The notes below the pieces were generated by a model that was given only the letters and a program-made list of their open reading frames with translations, was not told the origin of the DNA and ran no database searches. Of a stretch of DNA of 64,000 bases, positions 54,591 to 64,000 are shown piece after piece. Origin of the DNA: Schmidtea polychroa (Eukaryota); contig CM097885.1 in NCBI GenBank assembly GCA_044892525.1, positions 46,997,727 through 47,061,726 of the forward strand. The letters run 5' to 3'. Each line of letters begins with the position of its first letter. The stretch's first letter is position 1. Position numbers and translations under genes: made by a program.

Positions 54591-56600
54591 AATAATAATA
54601 TGACCTTGAAAATAATAATATTTTGAAAAATAATAATATGACCTTGAAAATAATAATATTTTGAAAAATAATAATAATAATTATAATAATAATAATATCT
54701 TTAGAAATAATAATGTTAATAATGAGATATATGGCTTTCAAATGAGCTATCGTTGAATAATGTTCGTTGGCGGGAACTCTGTAAATTTAAATTTTAAAAT
54801 ATGACCTTGAAAAAAAATTTGACTTTGAAAAAAAATTTGACCTTGAAAAAAATTTGACTTTGAAAAAATAAATGACCTTGAAAAAAAAATTGACCTTGAA
54901 AAAAAAATAATATTTTAAAAAATAATAATAAAATAGTCAAATGACCTTGAAAATGGTCTCGGGAAAATGTCGATCGATCGATGAAATAAAATGATGGGAA
55001 CGATAACTTTTGGCATGCCAAATAGTAGGGCACCGCTAGCACACTTAATAATATTTTTGAAAAATAATAATAATTATATGACCTTGAAAATGGTCTTGGG
55101 TAAATGTTAGTTACTTTGTCAATAGTGATGATGATGGTACTTTCAATAGCTCATTCGAAAGGTCTTGCACCAAGCTTCTAAATAAGCTATCGATCGATGA
55201 AATAAAATGATGGGAACGATAACTTTTGGCATGCCAAATAGTAGGGCACCGCTAGCACACTTAATAATATTTTGAAAAAATAATAATAAAAATAATAATA
55301 TTTTTTAAAAATAATAATATGACCTTGATGAATCATCGCGATGACTCATGTGACCTTGGCAATGATCTTGGATGAGTCACGTGACCTTGAAAATGACCTT
55401 GGCGAGTCATAGGATGACCCAGATGACCTTGAGAATGACCTCGATGAGTCATGGTCTTTGTTTAAATGACCTTGAAAATTTTGATGAGTCATCGGATGAG
55501 ACATATGACCTTGAAAATAACCTTGGTGAGTCATATGACCTTGAAAATGACCTTGACGAGTCATAGTATGAGCCATGTGACCTTGAAGATGACCTTGACG
55601 AGTCATAGTATGAGTCATATGACCTTGAAAATAACCTTGGTGAGGCATGGTCTTTGTTTAAATGACCTTGAAAATAAAAGTTTGACCTTGATGAGTCATC
55701 GGATGAGTCATGGCCTTTGTTTCAATGACCTTCACGAGTCATATGTCTTTGTTTAAAATTTGACCTTGAAAAAAAATTTTAAAAAATTTTCCTGTCGGAG
55801 GTTGGGGGGTGGGGGGGTACTGTGCTAGCGGTGCCCAATCCATCTACTAATTGTTTGTTTTATACAACCGAATTTATTGATATGTCATCAATTATATATT
55901 AATTAAGTTATTGAAAATTTTAGAAATCACAGATTTTATTTAGGAAAAATTAATAATTATTTATTTAAAGGGAGTTTGTCTCTAGATTTATGAATTAGAA
56001 ATCGGTCACAAATTAATAAATACATGCTAGAAATTCCACTATTTATTCTTAAACTTTAATAAATAATAAAGTGAAACTGACTATATTAGAGTTTATTTAT
56101 TAGGCACAATTCACCGCCTTTCTGTGAGTGAAATATACTCTTCATTAAAGTTATCAACAATATCCTATTCCATTTCTAATACTTCATTTCTAGGGTTGAT
56201 GATCATTTTTCGATTTTATCAGATTAAATCATTCCTTTCTAAATATTTTATTGAAGACACATGACTTTTATCGCACTTTTTGGTCTCTATTATTAACAAT
56301 ATTACATTTGTGTGTATCTTAGTTTTCATGACTCTGAAATTTTCGATGTTAACAGAAATCATTATCGAAACTTTTTTATTTGAGATACTCAAGGTATTTT
56401 TTTCTTTAGAGGACTAGTCAAGTGATTTTTCTTTAAATAAATAAAATGGTTAATAAAAATTAAAGAAACTATTCTAATTAGTAATTAAATTAATTTATTT
56501 CGAGCTAATCATCAATTAAACATTAAATCAAATTAAATTTAAGAATGTAATTGTTTTAATTTTAAGAATGTAATAAATTCATATATTTACTTATTATTAA

Positions 56601-56694
<94 letters not shown>

Positions 56695-58004
56695 GTTTGA
56701 ACTTTTAGTTTAACTAAGATACGAATTTAACTAAAATTAACTAAAATTTTGCAATTTTCACGACGGAATATTTATAGTTTTACTTGTCCAAACCATGTGG
56801 CATACCATTTCTTAATTTTAAATAAATATCACGAATTTATTCTTGTTACCAAATTTACATGAATATTTTCTGATAATAATATCTACTGTCAATATCGATG
56901 CTATATCATATTATCTATATTCTTTCCTAAATCTTCTAAAATATCTTATTTACGCAATCATATCCTTTCAAAAAATAAATTATGTTTCCTCTTTAGATAA
57001 AGTTTCTTTGATTTTTTTTTTCCTTTTGAAGCTATGATTTTAATTTATGGATCTAATTTAATTCTATATTTATTAAAAATATAATAATATATTTTTATTA
57101 ATAAAAGCTTCAATTAATAATTGACTACCACTTATTAAAATCTGTTATTAAATTTATTGACTGTTCTCATACATTTTATAAATATTTTCTTATTTAACAA
57201 CCAAATCTTTTACTACAAAGTCTTGAATGCATTTAATTTGACAAACCAAAATGATAAACATAAAGATATATCATTATTTATAAAAATGTTTCTCTGAAAA
57301 ATTTCTATAAATGTTGATATAATCTTAAATATTTAAAAATTTTCAGAAGGCACTTCTGAACAGCTGTTTTGCCATTTTCATGAGGCATTTGTCAGAGGTG
57401 GAAATATATTATCTTTGAACAAATATATTTCATTCCATATTGATTTCACTTAAACTGGCTACAATGTTGAAATTTTACTAATTTTTCTTTAGTTGTAGTA
57501 ACTTTGTTAATGCAAATCTCTGGGAGGTTAATAAAAAAAATTGCAGTTGATCTACATTATTTATTCAAAACAATGTAAAATCCCTCTTAATGTAGATAAT
57601 CTATTGCAATTAATTAAAGATAATTTTAATCACTGGATTCTCTAAATACATTTCTTTTTTAATATACTATCAATTAATTGTTTGTTTATATTTAATGCGA
57701 ATTAAATTTAGCCGAAATAAATTTTAAAATGCTCGGAAAAGTTTGCCGAAATTTCATGTTAAATATAAAACAAATTATAAGCACTTAATAGCAAGGTTAA
57801 TTAATTACATGACGCATGTATGAATGTGTGTGTTGTTACATCTATGAACCTTTGATGAATCAAGTTTCACTTTTCATAATCATGATTATATAACAGTCTC
57901 TAATGTACTAGATCAGTGATTCTCAACCTTTTTTTGTTACGGAACATTTTTTAACATTTTTAACATTTTTAAATTTTGAGGCAAACAAAAGTTTCTATAA
58001 TACA

Positions 58005-58345
58005 CAAAGTTCAAAGACGAGAATAAAGCTCTTAAATATATGGAGTGAGTTTTTCTTAGACCTAAATGTTATAGTTTGTTAGGTGATGATGAGACTAGAA
58101 AAGCTAAAGGAATAACATTGAAAGGTAGTGACATAAAACATAAGTCGTACCTGGATTGTTATAATACTAACCAAATTTTGTCAGTACCGCAAACTAGAAT
58201 AACTATCAAAACTCACCAGCTATTCACCATAAAAAATGAAAAAACTGCACTTACTAACGCAGATGATAAAGGGGTTTGGGTGGGGGAAAATAAAAGTTAT
58301 GCATATGGACATTATATGGGAAGTGACTCATTTGCTGTTCAATAA
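58005..58345 (+). pseudogene. C-terminal fragment of a third Polinton pPolB
   Basis: KFKDE...FLRPKCYS...RKAKGI...HQLFTIKNEKTALTNADDK...SYAYGHY, typical pPolB C-terminus. Confidence 0.85.
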
Positions 58346-58708
58346 TTCGATCCGGATACATCATTCTCGAATTCAAAGAAACAGCTGAAGATATACCGGA
58401 TGTTATTTAAATAAATCTTTGTTAAAAAATTTGTTTTTATTGATTTTTTTAGAATTAAATGTATAATAAGTTTAATATATTTTTATATTTTGAACATTTT
58501 TGTCTCAGTTTTCATAATTTAGTAAAAAAGAGTAATTAGAATTACAGATAAGAATTAATAATTTAAATTTAAACTAAAATAAATTAAATTAAATAATACA
58601 ATAAAGAAATAGAATTATAATAATTAATTAATTAAATAAAAATAATGAAATAAAAGGAAATAATTAATGAAAATATTTGTTAACTTGTGATTAATTATTG
58701 AGTTGTAA

Positions 58709-58756
58709 AGGGGGGGGAGGTACCAAAATCCGGCCGTAAGCCCGTATCTACCTACT
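58709..58756. mobile_element. Putative Polinton right terminus
   Basis: G-run followed by GTAC...ATCTACCTACT, the same layout as the 55801-55848 terminus; lies ~400 bp downstream of the pPolB fragment. Confidence 0.55.
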
Positions 58757-59986
58757 GTTTATCAACTGGGACTTTGAGCTGGTTGTTTTCATTTGTTTTT
58801 CTAGCGAACGATTCTGTTTTCCATTTTCCTTTTCCTCTGTGTTTCCCGCTACGTCAGTCCCGCTATGTGCCCTGTTTTTTCCTTTACATTTTGTGCCGAC
58901 CTTCGCTATCTTTGACAAGCTGCCAAGATACGGCTTTCCCCATATTTTTGTTTTTCTGGAATTTGAAATTCCACCTTCATTTGTAAAATAATGGTAAACA
59001 GTTGCATTTAAATTTCCATCCTTTTCTGTTATATCTAAGAGAAATGGTAGCTATCAACCGACTGAATAATTGAGATTCAAATAGAAATATTAGGAAAATT
59101 GTAAAACCTAATAGCAAATCTAAATAAACCATCTCATAGATAAAATCTTTTCCTCATAAAATGAAAATACAGTAATGCCATAGGGGTTTTTTTATGAGAA
59201 CGTCATTTATAGAAATAAATGGACAATTGTTGTCAAGATCAACTAAAATTTTAATTTTAATATGTTGAAAATAATAATTTACATTCCATAAACTGAGAAA
59301 ATGACTTATAAAACATATTAGGAAAAACATATCCTTTATTCACATTTGATCTATTCTATCATTTAGTTTAACATATTTAACATGTATTTTCAACACTGAA
59401 ATTTTTGTATTGGAATTAGTGTGGATATAAAATTTGTGCTTTACTGAGTTTCATTTGAAAAACTTAAATCAAAATTAATAAATTACATCTTAATTAATTT
59501 AATATTTAATATGAATATTATATATAAATGCTAATTATGAATAATATATTAACTATATAAATCTTCAATATAAAATATTAGAATATTTGTATAATGAAGT
59601 GTTTAATGTTTTCTGATATTATTGACGTAAAAAGAATCTCTAGTTAATATATTATTCGTAATAATAAACTTTAGAAAACCTTTAAAATAAATACAATGCA
59701 TACTTGAGAAATATATTCATACAAAAACCGACATCTGAATAATTTAGGAAAAATTTGTTTTTAAAATTAAGATGACATGTTGTGTTATTAATTTCGAAGT
59801 TGACAAATAAAGAGCAGTTAATTAAATTTATATTTAAATTAAATTTGAAAATTTTATGTTCCATAATATGTACCAAGTAAAATTAAAAAGTAATATTTGG
59901 AAATTTATTTTCTATACTTGGAACCTTTAACTACCTACAAATTGATATAGATAATTAATTATAATATAATTATAATATAATATAAT

Positions 59987-60401
59987 CAGTGCTTTTTTTC
60001 TAGAAAAGGTGCCGGAACGTATCTGTACTATCCTTTATATGCAAAATAATGACGCTGAAATTGATTATTTTACAACGTGAATTTACAACGCCGACGACAG
60101 GAAACGATTTTAATGACGTTGTATATTAATGGCGTGTATTTACCGTGAGCATGTTTTATATAATAGAAATAAGTTATAAAAGTAATAAGTTATTACTAAT
60201 AACACATAGGAAGCACGGAGTTATGATTCACTCGCTTTGGCTTACGACAACTACTTTTAATTTGATTGTAATTGACTATTTGAAATGTCAGAAATAGAAA
60301 TATGACAAAAAACCAAAACATATGTCAATTTTTTAAAATCATTCAGTGAAAAAAGATGCCGGAACACCGTTCCGGAGCGTTCCGTCAGAAAAAAAGCACT
60401 G
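59987..60401. mobile_element. hAT MITE
   Basis: TIRs CAGTGCTTTTTTTCT / AGAAAAAAAGCACTG; perfect TSD AATATAAT. Confidence 0.92.
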
Positions 60402-60884
60402 AATATAATAACAAAATGGTATTGAATTTACAAAACCAAAATAATAAATTTTATATACAATTATTATAATAATTTTTCATTTTAATATATTTTACAGCGT
60501 TGTACAGAATATCATATAGATATAACAATTATAGACATTCCATTGTATCACAGCAATGCTTTGAGACTTCTTAAAAAATATATGAATATATAATTTATTT
60601 TAAAATATAATTAAAAACTTTTGTTTAGAAAATTATTTGAGATTTCATAATAACAATATAACAATAAATTAATAATGAAAAAAATTAATTTATTTTCATT
60701 TTGATTATAAATTCAAAATTAATTTTCTTTTTTAACACAAATTTTCAGCATTGCCTTTATCGAGTATAAAAGAAGATAAATGGAGAGAATTTTTATTTCT
60801 TCTAAATAAAAGAAACTCAGATGACATTTTTGATGGATTGTCAAATTTGATGTTTAGGTTGCAATATCAAGGCATCTTTTTATT

Positions 60885-61397
60885 GGCGCGCCCCCAAAAC
60901 ATCGACTTCTAGATAATCAACAACAAAATAATCAACTTCTAATTCATCTATTGGCGAAAACATCGAGTCCAAAACATCAACAACAAATACATCGATTGTC
61001 AATAAAATCTACTTTTAAAACTTCTAAAACATCGAGTTTTAAAACATCTACAAATTAAATGTTGAGGTTAATTAAACTTTCATCTGATATTAAAATTTGT
61101 CGAATTAATTAAATTGATGAAAATATAACGAAAAGAGATAGTTTCAAAATTAAACAAATTAAAAAAAACTATTAAAATTAAAAAAAATGATAAGAGCATT
61201 TAATTACAAAAGGTTTTTTAAACTCGATGTTTTAGGCGATTGATGTTCTTGCCTTTTATTACTAGACGTTATTGACAGTTGATGTTTTTGACAGTACATG
61301 TTTTCGACAATAGATGTTTTAAGGCTAAAAGTAGATCTTTTCACACTCGATGTTTTAAAAATCGATGTACTAGAAGATGATTTTATGAGGTGACCCG
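60885..61397. mobile_element. Mutator-like MITE with subterminal AAAACATCGA repeats
   Basis: 9-10-bp TSD CTTTTTATT(G); inverted arrays AAAACATCGA / TCGATGTTTT. Confidence 0.78.
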
Positions 61398-61455
61398 CTT
61401 TTTATTGTTCCAGTACATTCATAATTAAATTTTCAAATAATATTTATTTAACTAC

Positions 61456-61926
61456 TTAATGTACGTTCCCGTGACATATACGGGCGCATCTTACTGGCAA
61501 TTTTATAGGCGCCCGTGACATAGACGGGCGAACATTATATTTACTTATGATATTGTTATTGTCATCATAATTTTTTGGTAAGTGAATTTTGTAAATAACA
61601 ATATATACATAATATAATTATTTAATTTTTTTGAATTACTTTCTTTATTATATTATTTTTTATATGTTTATTTCAGTAAAACTAATTCAATAAATCTAAC
61701 TTGTGCCTTATTGTCATCATAATTTTTTGGTAAGTGAATTTAGAATAAAATAATATATAAATAATATAATTATTTTATTCTTTTGAATTATTTGAAGAAG
61801 GGAGAAATGATTGCGTTTCAAAGGGGCAAAGTTATGCTGCTAAAATGGCAAGATAAGAACGCCGTGTGTCTTCTATCTACAGTCCATAATCCACAAATGG
61901 AGGCAACAGGAAAAAGAGATAGAGAA
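61456..61926 (+). mobile_element. piggyBac (PGBD4-like) relic
   Basis: TTAA-adjacent end with repeated CCCGTGACATA.ACGGGCG; transposase fragment LKKGEMIAFQRGKVMLLKWQDKNAVCLLSTVHNPQM at 61791-61926. Confidence 0.75.
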
Positions 61927-62421
61927 TTTAATTTAAATTTTAATATATTTTTATCTTGAATTTTTTATTTTTTATTTCTTCAATATTCAAAACCCCGTTC
62001 TAATATATTTTTAAAAGAAATAAATTCAGAAGGATATTATTTGCAAATCTTGTACCAGTTTTATTGGACATTTATGCATAAGCAAATTATATAATGGATT
62101 TTTCCAAAAATTAAACATTTTAGCAATTTTCTCTTTGATATAATTTTTCTTATACGATCTCTCTCTAGTGAAACATTACAGATAATGTTTGTAAATGAAA
62201 TGAGATAGTCACCCTGTACCAAGACCAATGAGGGCAATATTGTTTGAAAATGAATATATAATTTGTTTTTACATATAAAATCACTCTGAATTATCAATTA
62301 TATCGGTGCACCATGTTCCTTTTTACAATGAAATAATACCAAAACCAATTAATACATTTTTTTCATTGATCAAGTTCATCATTATTTTGTACAAAAATTA
62401 CATTTAAAGAAATACATAATT

Positions 62422-62703
62422 TTAATTGATGTTCGTTTCAGAATCTTTCGGTGGTTTAATTATAGTTTTCTTGTAAATGATAACAGACTGTATAATCAGG
62501 CTCATTATCATGCCAAATAGCAATAATGCCAGTCCACTGATCAGTATTAGTAGAAATATTCGACTGCTCCTGGAAATAACTGGAAAATTGGAGGAGTTAA
62601 AATCAGAGCGCTCTGTTGTTTTTTTAAGAGATTCGAAATTATGAAGAAAAAAGCGATCATCATCATGAAATAAATATCGATTCAGCATTATTATATTCGC
62701 ATT
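62422..62703 (-). CDS. Probable host exon encoding a single-pass membrane segment
   Basis: Open frame after a TTTTAG acceptor; hydrophobic IFLLILISGLALLLFGMIMSLIIQSVII followed by basic residues and a stop. Confidence 0.45.
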   Translation of the reverse strand, partial: NANIIMLNRYLFHDDDRFFLHNFESLKKTTERSDFNSSNFPVISRSSRIFLLILISGLALLLFGMIMSLIIQSVIIYKKTIIKPPKDSETNIN

Positions 62704-62750
62704 CTAAAATGATTATTAATTAATTAATTATTATTATTATTATATTATTA

Positions 62751-62804
<54 letters not shown>

Positions 62805-62922
62805 TTGTTTTATTATTATTATTTATTTATAATAATAATAATAATAAATGATATAATAAATCAAAAAACTTCAAACGCAGGATTTTTCAATTTTATTTTT
62901 TAAAATAATTATTGTTCGTTTA

Positions 62923-63522
62923 CAGGGCCGGATTTAAGCATTTGTTGGCCCTAGGCAAAGGAGCTTTTTGGGGCCCTCAAAATTAATTAGTATATTTCAA
63001 GGAAATTATGTAGGTTATTTTATTTGCTAAAAGTATTTAAGAAATAATTATTTACTACCTATTTATATTTTGAAATATATTTATTAAATAATTCCGTTTA
63101 AAAATAAGATACATATGTCATGTCAAAAATATAATTTTACAAAACTTTCTTTCTAAATTTTTCTAGAGCATATTCATCAATCAATGAATCAAAATCAATA
63201 GCTTTCAATTTATCAATGTTACAAGATAATAAGGCCAAATTATTCAAAATTTTTTGACTCATCGTTGACCTCAAAAAATTTTTAATCAGCTTCAATTTTG
63301 AGAAACTTCTTTCGCCAGTGCAATTAGCAATCATTAGACACAAAAAAATTCTTAAAATTGTTTCCAAATTTGGAAAAGCAATTTCCAAATTTTTTTCCTT
63401 AATTATCTCGTAGAAACTCAAATGATTTGGATGATCATTTGGCCAATCGTTCGATTTTGGGGCCCCCAAAACTGCGGGCCCCTAGGCAGTGCCTAGTCTG
63501 CCTATAGGTAAATCCGGGCCTG
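62923..63522 (-). mobile_element. Non-autonomous hAT retaining the C-terminal dimerisation domain
   Basis: TIRs CAGGGCCGGATTTA / TAAATCCGGGCCTG; perfect TSD TTCGTTTA; ORF 63137-63469 FPNLETILRIFLCLMIANCTGERSFSKLKLIKNFLRSTM. Confidence 0.93.
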
Positions 63523-64000
63523 TTCGTTTATCTTGACCTGAATTTAATTTAACTTTGAAGAAATGTCATTATCGTCGGTTTTCAAAATAATTACGTAATC
63601 TCTAGAAAAACAATTACAGTTTAGACTAAGCTTCAGATTAATAGAATATAAATAAATTCAAAATTAATTGTTTCCCTTACGTTAAAAATATTTTTATGTA
63701 AAAATATTATTCGTTTATATTTGTTAAACTTCGTGGCAATGCTATTGACATCAGTCTGTATTTTTTTGACAGCTGAGGTTTTATTTATCTTTTTAGTCGT
63801 ACATAATATTAATATTTTAAGTTTTATTTTAAAATCATTAATTAATTTTTCTGATTTTATTCAACTTATGGGTTTTCAAATTTATAATGTCATATTATTA
63901 GAAATCGATTTTAATAAAGTATGTTCTATTATATTAAAAATAAAATAATTTCATAATTGTTTAAATTAATTTGAATCACATTAAACTTTGAATTTAACTA

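Noticed and set aside
55346..55756. Repetitive ORFs (HQGHFQGHMT, MTLKMT)
   Set aside because: Translations of the TIR motif array.
58990..59260. Possible Penelope-like RT relic on the minus strand (LPFLLDITEKDGNLNATVYH)
   Set aside because: Only one short motif is recognisable; too degraded to support.
59924..59939. CCTTTAACTACCTACA resembling the missing right end of the 4735 element
   Set aside because: Short match, no adjoining TIR repeats and no TSD match.

Overview
Very AT-rich eukaryotic (animal) genomic DNA with many (AAT)n and (AT)n microsatellites and short introns. This fits a freshwater planarian-like genome, but the organism cannot be fixed from sequence alone. The window is dominated by decayed mobile DNA: several hAT elements and hAT MITEs (8-bp TSDs), piggyBac-type MITEs (TTAA), Mutator-like MITEs (9-10-bp TSDs), two inverted solo LTRs and a truncated Ty3/Gypsy element. 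It also holds multiple Polinton/Maverick (adintovirus-like) remnants encoding pPolB, minor capsid, adenain-like protease, a pX-like core protein and a packaging ATPase. One clear host gene, a PDZ-domain protein on the minus strand, is split by a 5.85-kb intron. Two things stand out. (1) A 5.36-kb non-autonomous Polinton-like element (50494-55848) with AGTAG...CTACT ends, a perfect 6-bp TSD and ~1-kb TIRs packed with AP-1 and nuclear-receptor motifs; its only identifiable cargo is an apparently intact, intron-containing IAP-type RING-finger gene. (2) Three unrelated families of palindromic insertions that each carry an inverted pair of minimal hammerhead-ribozyme motifs of the Penelope-like type.
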